Below, in pieces: positions 11,538-22,384 of a stretch of 64,000 bases of DNA. Each line of letters begins with the position of its first letter. The stretch's first letter is position 1. A program made the position numbers and the translations under genes. This DNA is from Vermamoeba vermiformis. Taxonomy: Eukaryota. The stretch covers positions 372,001 through 436,000 of the forward strand of contig JBEWZL010000066.1 of the NCBI GenBank assembly GCA_045837725.1. The letters are read 5' to 3'. The notes under the pieces are model-generated. The model was not told where the DNA came from. It did no database searches and worked only from the letters and a program-made list of their open reading frames with translations.

Positions 11538-13875
11538 TCAACGTGCAGTCAAAGAGACCGAATTATTATTGACATAGCCAGAAGCGTCAGTAGTGCCACT
11601 TGATATTGAAGTACTATTGACCGATGACTTGGCGCCGTTAGCGGATCCGCTGTAAGATGTCTTGGGACTGGTAGAAATATTCTTAAACAACGTGATCTCC
11701 GCGGCTGCTGTCATCATGGAAAAGAATTGAATCATGCCGAGGACGAAGAATTGCCAGTCAGGAATGAAATAGAGCGGTGTTTGCGTCAACATGGACACGA
11801 TCACAAAGAGCACTAGTGACACGCCTGACACGATCAACATCTTCACTAACTTTAAGAAAATATTAGCAAAGTAAACAAATCGTAGCTGGATCTGGTCAAC
11901 ATCGATGAAATACTTCTCGAATAAAGTAATATTTGGCTATTAATAGTAAGACTTACTCGTTGTGGGTATCGTTTCTTGTTTGAAATAATGTTGATCTTGC
12001 GACTATTTTTGACGATTTTCGTAATCAGAATTCCTCCGATGATAATGAAGTACAGGCCTATTATCTGTTTATAAAAGTGATTTAAAATGATTATCTTATA
12101 TGAAATATTAAGGTACGTACCAATGCGATAACGATCACGATGATCAAAAGAATATCTTGCGACTCGCGTAAGAAAATACTGACGAAGATATTCAGCAAGA
12201 ACAATAACTAGGGAAAAATTAGTAAAAAAAGTAATTAAAAAATGAAATTTTGAGCTTACTCCGAGCAAGGCCACTACGGCACCGAACAAATATTTGTTCC
12301 AAAAGTGCTTTTGTTTACGATGGAAGATCAAGCCAGACCTGCACGAAGGGTTAATCATATGTCTAATTATATTAAGCCAGTGTACCAGTAAAGTGCCACG
12401 AGAATTGTTGCAATCATTACTAACAACGGACCTGACACGTAGATTGCAAAGTAGGTCGTGTCAGGAATCAAGCTGTAGTGGAAGTGACCAATGACCACGA
12501 TGTTAGCAACTACTGATGCTATTTTTAGAAAAAACGTCGTTAATAAAGATACTAACAAATTAATTAATGCGTAACTTTGACGCGTAAATTATTGAAAGTG
12601 ACTTTTTGACACTTTGACGCGTGTCAATTAAGATCAGATTAGATATCCCGCATCAGATCGATATCCAATTAGCTAAATATAGATATTTATGATTATACTA
12701 CTGACCTGCAACTGATATGCTCAACAAACAGAGGGTCACTTGCGCGATCGAAAACTGAGGTCCGTAGAACCGGATGTACATCGCCAACTTTAACGAGCCA
12801 TAGACACATATAGCGACAGATACGGCTGCTAATAATATATGCAAGACCCAAAAGGCTGGTGTGTCTGCTGTTGCCGTGTACACGTTGAAATCTGCACAAA
12901 ATGATAGGTTAAAAAAAATGTTCGTTATTATCTTAATGAGATCTCGCTCTATTATCTCGTACCTCCTGAAGTAATTCGAACGATAACCGGCTCGTTTGTG
13001 CTATTATACACTTCGTCAAGGCTCATCCATTGCTGTTTTCAAAAAGTAAATTAGGTCTTACTCAGGAAGAACCAAATTATCCGCGACTAAATTTTTACGA
13101 CAATTTAATGTTTTTTTTACGTACGTCAGTGTTTATAGAGACAGCTGCAATATTGATGGTCTCGCCCAATTCTAGCACGTCAGTTATGTAATACGTAATG
13201 AACGGATAATAGTCTCCAGCATTAATAATAACACCCTATGATAATCGGGTCAATATTAGTCTTAAGTCTGATGATTACGTTAGTCGGGGCTCGGATGTGG
13301 TGCGATTTGTGTACGAATTAAATAGTCTGGACTTACCAAAGCATTCGCAGCAATACTATTCTTCAGTATTATATCCGTTAAGCATGAGCCATATACAAAC
13401 ATGACTATTTTGTTCGTCACGTTGTTAGTTGGAATTTGACACCCATCGATCGGATCTGCCAGCACTAACTCAGCTGTGATATTGAATTCTGTTATTCCAA
13501 ATACTACATGAGGTGCTGGTGCTAATATTATCGGTTCCAATCCGTCAGTCGGAGAAATCACCGTTACAGAAGTACGGATTAACTGGATCTAGCACAAAAA
13601 AAAAGATTAATTAATGGCTATCTTAAACAAATATAATTATTATATTATGCTCGTATTATATAAAATTATTATTATGAATATGGTAGATTTTTAAGGTTAA
13701 GATTGTGAGCGAAATAAGACTCGACTCACAAGGGTCCCTTTTGATTTGAACAAATATTGTAATAGTCAACGAAGCTATTTAATATTACTTCGTTGTTTAA
13801 GTATTAATCATAATTATTACTTACAGATCCCAGTAAAATAAAAAAACAAATTAGTATTTTTTGGCAGCCTAACAT
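11538..13875 (-). CDS. Signal peptide + PA (protease-associated)-like domain + multi-pass (~7TM) membrane protein
   Basis: Exon 1 MLGCQKILICFFILLGS; ectodomain ITAELVLADPIDGC…NVTNKIVMFVYGSC…AANALGVII resembles a PA domain; about 7 hydrophobic helices over multiple exons; Ser-rich tail. Confidence 0.7.
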
Positions 13876-14199
13876 GCTTGACGACATCTACTTCCTCCAC
13901 GTTATTATATACAACAAGTACTATGCAATGTCGCGTTACTTTAATAAAAAAAGCAGCGAGTTGTTGCAGCTTGTACTGGTTCACAAAAATACTGGCGGTT
14001 TTCGTTCCGCCACCACTTTTCGTTTCACTTTCCGCTTATAAGATAGATACTTTGATATTAGAATTCAATATATTATGGCGTCATTCCATCAAGCAAATTG
14101 TTTCGTATTTTTACATCTGGATCTATTTACAAAATGTACAATTATTTGGTGCGCAGGCACTCATTTCAATTTATGCCTAATTATAGACATTATCTTCTC

Positions 14200-14977
14200 G
14201 AGCCTTGAAGGATTATTTACATTCACCTCGGTGCGATCTGCTGCAATCTTCTGTTGATGTCTGTCATTTTAGTTTTTGGGAGAGCCGGAGCCATATGAAA
14301 TCTTTTTTAGTCAGGGATTGCTTACGCACCGGGGAGAGCCAGTCACTGCGCGCCAACTGGATGAGACGCCCAAGCCTGGCGCGCGACCAACCACAAGGCA
14401 ATGCGTTTTGAGAATCCGCTTGATCCACTGCTCAGCTTCTGGAGATTTTTTTTAACTCCGATTCACGTCAAGAGGAGCGAATTAATTGTACGAGGTAATC
14501 AAATAAATGACCGGATCTTCTCCAAGAGCGAATCATTATTATATCGCTCAGCGTTTATTCTATTTATTTAATTTTGTTATCGCGCCATTCAGATCAACTC
14601 GTGAATCCACCACTGGTTGTTTTTGTGATAGCATGCCTGTATTCTCACGACGATCTGTACCATCCGTTTGAATATGTACACTCTAAATGGAAGAGAAAAC
14701 GGGGAGAGAGCAGTTATTCAATTATAAATACATTATATTATAGTTATATATTTTGTACCTAAATGAAAATAAGAAGGTAATTAAAAAGATCTTTTGCCGA
14801 AGAGAAAGAAAATTAATATTAATTTCAGATTTACCTCCGTGCCTTTTTCCATATTCTTCAAGATAAGCAAACACTGAGCTGGATGATTGAGATTTTCGTT
14901 CTTTCTTCTAATATTACAACGTCGTCATCATCGTCTTCCCTCTTTCGTTTCTTATTATTTACAGTAAAGGGAAGCAT
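14200..14977 (-). CDS. Possible small spliced hypothetical protein with an NLS-like start; structure unresolved
   Basis: MLPFTVNNKKRKREDDDDDVVILEER at 14977, a gtaaat donor near 14834, and GC-richer exon-like sequence at ~14330-14450. I could not fix a continuous frame. Confidence 0.25.
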
Positions 14978-15407
14978 TGCTGCTCTTGATTTCAAACGGA
15001 CAATAAAATGAAGCGGGATAATTCATTTATTTAAAACCTTCAAAAGATAACGACGAGGGGCAAGAATCGTCCAAATTCATACCAACCAACAACACGTTGG
15101 TGCACTTGAAGGTTGGCATCTCGTTGACACGTAACCAACGAGTCCCATTGGCGCGATCCAACTTCTTGCCATTGTGGACAATAATTTTTATTATTAGAAT
15201 TTAAACCCGCGAAAAGACTTCAATAGAGTTCAATCTGCATCTCTCTTCACCAAAAATTAAAAAAGACTTTAAAAAATAATTCGCACAATGGTCGCTTCGT
15301 ATGATGCTAATTACAAACTGTTTTGCTCAAAATTTAATAATTATCTTATTAGCCTCGCTAATTTGGACCTTCAGGCGTTAAGGCTGATCCATAGCAAAGT
15401 TATCACA

Positions 15408-16163
15408 ATGACTGATTCTCGCGAAGATAATGTCTTCATGGCCAAGCTATACGAGCAAGCAGAACGATACGAGGATATGGTTGACGCTATGAAGAAAGTG
15501 GCCGAGCTGGATGTTGAAATGACAGTTGAAGAGAGATCTCTGTTCTCTGTCGCTTATAAGAACGTTTTTGGTTCGCGTAGAGCAGCATGGAGAACTCTTT
15601 CAGCGATAGAATTCAAGGAAGCGCAAAACGGCCACGAGAATAATGTGCATCGGATCCGAACCTACAAACAAAAAATTGAAGACGAGTTGACCAAAATATG
15701 CCAAGAAATTACTGGTATATTGGACAACCATATAATGCCTATCTCGCACACATTCACCACTGAATCAAAGATCTTCTATTGCCAGATGAAAGGAGACTTT
15801 TGGCGCAACCTCGCTCAAATTAAAACTGGCGATGCTCGTACGGAGGCTGAAAAACGATCTAATGATGCTTATGCTACTTCTAGAGATATTGCGAACAAGG
15901 AATTGTCTCCCACGCACCCTATTCGTCTAGAGTTAGCTTTGAGATCTGCTACGTACCAATACGAATTCTTGAAAATGCCCGAAAAGGCTTGTGAAATCGC
16001 TCAAAAAGCATTTGATGACGCTATTGCCCAGATAGACTGCATAGGTGAAGAGGACTACCAGCAGTGCGTGCTTTTAATGCAATTGTTACGCGATAACATC
16101 GCTTTGTGGAAAACCAAGCCCAAGGACGACGAAAAAGACGAAAATGAAGAAGAAGAGCAATAA
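15408..16163 (+). CDS. 14-3-3 family protein, divergent and intronless
   Basis: MAKLYEQAERYEDM, EERSLFSVAYKNVFGSRRAAWR, PTHPIRL, AFDDAIA, MQLLRDN, acidic tail. Likely start is MTDSREDNVF at 15408, not the upstream ATG at 15288. Confidence 0.95.
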   Translation: MTDSREDNVFMAKLYEQAERYEDMVDAMKKVAELDVEMTVEERSLFSVAYKNVFGSRRAAWRTLSAIEFKEAQNGHENNVHRIRTYKQKIEDELTKICQEITGILDNHIMPISHTFTTESKIFYCQMKGDFWRNLAQIKTGDARTEAEKRSNDAYATSRDIANKELSPTHPIRLELALRSATYQYEFLKMPEKACEIAQKAFDDAIAQIDCIGEEDYQQCVLLMQLLRDNIALWKTKPKDDEKDENEEEEQ

Positions 16164-16356
16164 TAGTATTACTTGCATTGCTGTTGTGTATTTTGTACAA
16201 AATGTAAATCGGTAAACGACCAGTCAAAAGAAAATTAAACGTCAGTTTGTTTTAATTGAACAGTAATAAGAACATCTGACGCAGCGACGTCATCGTTGAT
16301 ATTGTTACACACGTACGAAAGAAGGATATAATAATGACCCGAGGAGATAATTAATA

Positions 16357-17771
16357 ATGGTAATTTTCATATTTAATTTAGTTGACATTTAATGCAAAAT
16401 CTTTCCTCGTAATTAATTATGAATTATACATTAGAATTGGCTATTATTTTTGCATAATTTAACGAATTAATCTAAATATTTCTAACGGCTAATATATATA
16501 ATTTCGAATCTTAGGCTGGTCGTTATAGTGTTGGAATCGTGATCTTTGTGATCGCAGGCACATTAATTGCGTCCAATTTTCAAACCATTTCGAAAAAAGC
16601 GCAAAATCAATCGTCTTCTGTGGGCATTGACGGAGTTAATCGACCGTTCGTGCATCCGTGGTTCCAAACACTCGCTATGTTCATAGGTACCGTAATCATA
16701 TTAATTGATAGTAATATAATATTTAAAGAATGCTATTTAGCAAATTTACTAAATTTTTGTCGAAGATTTTAGTGCCGAAAGTGGATGTCACAACTAATCT
16801 TTTTTCTAGGCGAGTTCCTATGCCTAGTAGTGTTCCATATACAACGATGTGCCGGAAATAAGGCAGCTAAGAGTGCTCCGGTTGATAAATCAGCATTCTT
16901 TTTTATTATTCCAGCAATGTGCGATCTGGGAGGAACTAGCCTCGCTGGAATTTCGTTGCTTTATTTAGACTCATCAATATGGCTCATGTTAAGAAGCTGC
17001 TTGATCGTATTCTCAGCCATTTTATCGAAGATCTTCTTAAAGAAGCGATTATACTTCTTCCATTGGCTAGGCATTTTTGTTATCGTGGCTGGATTGTCAG
17101 TGGTTGGACTTAGCGCACTATTGGACGATATTAGTGCAGGTGGATCATCACAGAAAGACAAGGACTTGGTATTTGGCATCATTTTTGCGATCGGATCGCA
17201 AGTTCTAAACGCGGTCCAATTTATCATCGAAGAAGCTTTCATAACAAGACGCGGATACGCACCTGTTCAGATTGTTGGATTAGAAGGCTTATTTGGCATG
17301 ATTTTAACGAGCGCTATTGCTTTGCCAATACTCCAGTACTTAAAACAAGAAAACACGCTGGATGCGCTCGTACAACTCAAGAACAACTGGCTGATTATGG
17401 TATTCATGGGCATTTACATTTTATGCTCTATGCTAGCAAACCTATTCTCAGTCAGCATCTCGCAAGTACTGAACACGATCCAGAGAATGATTATAACGTC
17501 CTCAGTACAAACATTGTTTCTCTGGGGAACGGATCTGTTCATTTACTATGTAGTCAGTACTACATATGGTGAGCCATGGACTAAATATAGTTGGGTAGAG
17601 ATCATCGGATTTGTCGTCGTGTCAGTCGGAATTATGATTTACAACTCTGTCTTCAAGATCCCGTGTCTTTATTACCCTAGCAAGCAAGAAGAGGAAGAAA
17701 AGAAGCCTCTGTTAACCCAGAATACTGTAATAACGACTAACACTGGTCATTCAGTAAATACTGAAGTGTAG
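16357..17771 (+). CDS. SLC35F6-like drug/metabolite (nucleotide-sugar) transporter
   Basis: PFVHPWFQTLAMFIGEFLCL, IPAMCDLGGTSL, SIWLMLRSCLIVFSAILS, VQFIIEE, VGLEGLFG; about 10 TMs. The first coding exon appears to be the ATG alone; introns 16360-16514 and 16688-16810. Confidence 0.88.
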
Positions 17772-17988
17772 ATTATAAAGCAAGCCGCGATCGGTTAGAG
17801 TTCAATTGTAATCTCTAGAGCTGCCTTGCTGTCTCATAAATAGCTTTATTTGACTTGTTATATATGACCTCATACGTGACCCACGTGGATTTCCCGCTTC
17901 GCAATTCGTTAAATTTCGCCGCGATCTAATTTTGGTCCCAAGTTCTTTTTTATTTTGTACGAGTGACCACATCTCAAGTTCATTTAAG

Positions 17989-20063
17989 ATGCAACAAGTA
18001 CAAGCTACTAGCCCTTATCCGTACTATTATTATATGCCCGTCCAAATGGAGGGTGATCAGCAACAAGGCGTTCCTATGGCCGCGTTTGCTGTTGAGACTC
18101 CTGAGCCCGAAGTAGTCCAACCTAAACAGGAGACTAAGCAAGAAGTCAAGGAATGTGATGCCGAAGACCAAAAGAAGAAGAGTAAGAATTTACTGGCTAA
18201 ATCCGAAAACACGAAAATATTAATAATAATTATTTTTAAATCTAGGAAAGCCCAAGTTTAAAAAGCTTTCTGGCTGCCAAAAATTCTTCGTTGTTATCGG
18301 AGTATTGTCACTTATTGGCTTCTTTGTGAAGCTCCTTGGTGTCGGAATTGGATTAGTACGAAATTGAAATAATAATTCATCACAATTGGATAATTAATCG
18401 GAATATTATAGACCATTCTTAGCCACATGTACCAATCATGCGAGAATCCTCCTCACCATTTGGATAGACAATGGTAGAGACAAAACAGATTTCAGTTCCA
18501 ACGAGATTTACTAATCATAATCTTAGGGCCACCAATCCCTCTATTGCTTCTAACATTAGAATCGATATTACTTCGGTACGTTAATACAATGACACGAAGA
18601 AATAATACTAATGCGCATTTATAGGCCATGGTTCACGTTCGCACCTGCCCTCACGCCAAATCCATCATGATTCATACTAGCTCGCGTTCAAAGAATCCTG
18701 AGGACTTGAATAGAATGATTCCTGTTTACTACGTTATGGATGGAACCATTTCTTTGAGTGCTAAGGTAAAGATTTGAAATTCAACGACAGATCCTCTCGT
18801 GACCGCAAGATTTTTAACTGATGCCTATTATACAGTTCCCTGCCTTTGATTTCGATAACTGCGCTTCCATCAAGGTTGACATCGTTGTTCCTGAGTCATT
18901 GGCCACCCCTGCTAATTTGTTTGTACATTCCGAGACTGGTGTTGTAAGTAGCTTATTGATTTTTGCTAAATATCGCCTGTAACTTATTTACCATACATGG
19001 TAGGTCTACGTTTTGCCTAACAAGCACCACGAGGAACGTCACGAGAAGCACCATCACGGTTTCAAGAACGAATCTCGTCCTGTGATCTTCAACAACATTG
19101 ATATCTCCACTAAGGCTGGCCACGTTGAGGTTGCTCACGTTTACACTCGCGGAACTATCAGTGCCTTCAGCAAGATCGGTGGTGTCACTTTGAAGGACAC
19201 TAACGCTGCCTTCTTGACTGGATCTACCGTCACTGGTTTCGTCAATGTTGAGTAAGTTCAATAATGTCAGAATATGCTATTATTGCCTATTAACATTGTA
19301 GCCGAGACCTATAATCTACTAAGCAGATACTAATGATTTTTGTATGGTAGGAATGTTCGTGTTGGTCAATTGACTGCTGTCGCCGACTCTGGATCCGTCA
19401 CCATTCGTGGTGTTGTTTTCGAAGAGAAGCCCGAGCTCGACACTTACTTCTTGCAAGCTTCGATTGATCTCGGCAATCTCGAGGTCAAGCGCATCTTCAA
19501 CAAGTTGAACGCTGACAGAACTGCTGTTGTTACCATCAACTCCGGATCTGGCCGTTCTGAAGTCAAGCTCTCCAAGGTATGTTTGTGCACCTTATGAAAA
19601 ATAGTTTTACACTCAAATTATGCACGAGAGGATACTTATCATATTGTACTTGTAGAAGGCCAACTTGAAGTTCGCCGTTAGCACCGTCAGCGGTGACATT
19701 GAACTCCACGGCAAAGATTTGCCCAAGTTGCTCGTTGACACTGAAGTCAGCAAAACTGGTCGCATTGAGGGTCACGGTGCTTTGACTGATGTCACTGTTA
19801 GCACGAGCTCTGGTCGCGCTCACCTTGCCTTCCGTGATTGCAAGAAGCACCACGACAAGAAGCACGATGACAAGAAGGACGACGATGAGAAGCACGAGGA
19901 CAAGCCCAACAAGGACGAGCCCACTGATGCTGACCAGTCTGAGACCACCACTGAGCACGACAAGCCTAAGATCCATCCTCATCACACTAAGCCCCACAAG
20001 ACCAACCAACCTGTTACTGGTGGCAAGCACAAGGAGGAGCGTCCTCACCGCACTCACGCTTAA
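17989..20063 (+). CDS. Type II membrane protein with an adhesin/DUF4097-like beta-rich ectodomain and a His/Lys/Asp-rich tail
   Basis: Multi-exon. TM FFVVIGVLSLIGFFVKLLGVGIGL; repeated beta motifs (ISTKAGHVEV, ADSGSVTI, STVSGDIEL, STSSGRAHL); tail KKHHDKKHDDKK…. Strong codon bias suggests high expression. Confidence 0.7.
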
Positions 20064-20504
20064 GGATCTGGAGACTGCTCTTGATCCACAACCTCGCGCT
20101 TTGATCTAGAAGCCGAGTCTAGCTGCGTCTTTGCGTAAAGTATTGTTATGATATTTACGTGAATTCGCTCTTGTAGTTAGAATTAATAAATAGATCTTAA
20201 ATAGCATTAGGGTGCATCTGATCGAGCCATGACGGCCCTGCATCTGGCTGCACTCGAGAACAATTAGCAACTAATCGCTAGACAATGTCCCATCCACGTG
20301 CTCGTTGAATTATCTTGACTGGAATTGATCAACCGTGTCAGTTCTACGTCGGAAATTACAGATGTCCTAACCACGTGCCGTTCTTCACTCTTTCGCAGCG
20401 AAAAATTGAAAAGCATTCGTCCCATCCACGTGCCCTGCAAGACCATAAATACGGCTCGCTTGCTATTGGTATTAGTATTAAAGTTAGTAGAAGGAAGAAC
20501 AAGG

Positions 20505-20618
20505 ATGAGCAAGTGGAGTGAGAAAGACGGTTTACTTTACGACGAACAAGGAGCCGTTGTTTCAGTTGTATATAATTCTTCGTAAGTACATTCTATATTT
20601 ACACGATCGCCAAGCTGA

Positions 20619-20699
<81 letters not shown>

Positions 20700-22102
20700 G
20701 TGGCCCCGAAACGATTCAAAATTCAAATTTAATTTTATTTTTACAATAAATCTTCTGGGCTAACCTTGCGATCGTTACGTAAAATGAATTCGGATTAATT
20801 AATCCTAAAATTTAGTGAGCATGAAAAGCTCAAGAGTGTCATTGCCAACGAGAAAGAAGAAGATTATAGACTTTCTCCTTCGGATGTCGAGTACTTGAGC
20901 AAATACCCACACGCGCTTGACTACAAATTATCCGAAGAGCAATTGCAATTTTTGGAAGACAATGGTTATTTAGTCATTCCAGTACGTGCCCACATCCAAA
21001 AAAGATCCGATTTTACCCGTCTTAATTCTAATATTTTCTTCTAAAAGAATTTTTTCTCTGAAGAGATGATGGACAAAATGATCAATCAAATCTTCTCCCG
21101 AGCAAACGAGTTGACCGGCCTCGTTCGAGATGATATTAGCACCTGGGAGCCTAGCGGTGTAAGTGCATATTAATTTAACTATACAAGGACTCATTCATAT
21201 TCTCTATAGCGATTTAAAGTTGGATATATCGATTTGTGGCATTTGCCTGCGTATTACGAGTTGCGCCAAGATCCGCGTGCCTACAGCATTTTCGCTCAAA
21301 TTTTGAAGGACCCAAAGTTGACTGTTTCGTTGGATCGTGTTTCATTCAAGACTCCCGCATGGGTAGAAGTTGAAAAGGATGGCAAGGTGGAGGTAAGTTC
21401 ATTCAGATCCGTGAGCAAATGGTCCAAAGTAGTGATCTCTGAAATTCTCAGAAATTGGACTTTTCGAAACACCAACGCAGTTTAGCCGTGCACACTGATA
21501 TGAACATTTGGTACATGCAATATCCTTTGTACCAAGGCAGTATTTGTCTCGAGGACTGTCCTGTTGGCAACGGAGGCTTCACCGTGATGCCAGGTAACTT
21601 TTTTCCTTTTATGGTAATATTTTCGGTCGATAACATTATTGACGTTGTAGGTTACCACAAGTTGAACAAGATTAGACCTTATCGTGTCAACTTTGAGAAG
21701 GGCCTTTACCACGACAACGAGCCGAGACAGCCTCCAGTTCAAAAAGACGTGTTTTTGTTCTACAAAGATCAAGAGGCGATTGACCGCGATTTGATCGAAG
21801 TTCCAATGAAGAAGGGCGATTTCCTTATTTGGTCATCGCGTTTGCCCCACGGCAATGCCGTGAACACTTCGAACAAGTGGCGAATTCAGTGCTTCGTGCG
21901 TTACATCTCGTGCGCCGAAGATCACACCAACATGTACAGATCTGACGTGCGCAAGTCCGTTGAGACTGGTCTGAAGCCTAACATCTTCTCTACGGGCAAC
22001 AACGTCCCGCAACAAAACAAGGACTGGGAAGTGCCGTATCACAAGGACATTCAAATGACTGACTTGGGCAAGAAGTTGTTCGGTTTCGAGGCTTGGTTGT
22101 AA
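20505..22102 (+). CDS. PhyH-like (phytanoyl-CoA dioxygenase family) Fe(II)/2-oxoglutarate oxygenase
   Basis: EEQLQFLEDNGYLVIP, RQDPRAYSIFAQIL…VSLDRVSFK, HTD (HxD), QGSICLEDC…GGFTVMPGYH, KGDFLIWSSRLPHGN…R. Multi-exon. Confidence 0.88.
20624..20698. repeat. About 75-nt poly(T) tract in intron 1 of the PhyH-like gene
   Basis: Seen directly; the length may be inflated by sequencing. Confidence 0.7.
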
Positions 22103-22384
22103 GGACTGCGCTCTAAGTAGTTACTCCGGTACATTGACAATGAAAAAGCGTGTCTGTAACAAAACCGGACGCTTTTTGTAAATAGTTGTTTTTTTTTTTT
22201 GAAATAAATGGACAGATTTATACTAAATACGTATCAGTATATTACTTTGTAGTAGGCGGACAGCTACCTGTGTTCAATCTGCACTCAGCCAAAATTACTT
22301 TATCGACCAATGGTGTTCGTTTTATTTTTAAATGATGATTCGTTAACTCAAAAATAGCCATTTTTAAATTGTGATATCATTGCC

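Noticed and set aside
15288-15407. 40-aa N-terminal extension on the 14-3-3
   Set aside because: AT-rich and UTR-like; homology starts at MTDSRED (15408).
20537-20719. Poly-lysine ORF
   Set aside because: Translation of an intronic poly(T) tract.
22143-22177. AAAAAGCGT…ACGCTTTTT hairpin in a 3'UTR (terminator- or SECIS-like)
   Set aside because: Eukaryotic context, a short A/T-rich stem, no SECIS core and no in-frame TGA in the upstream gene.
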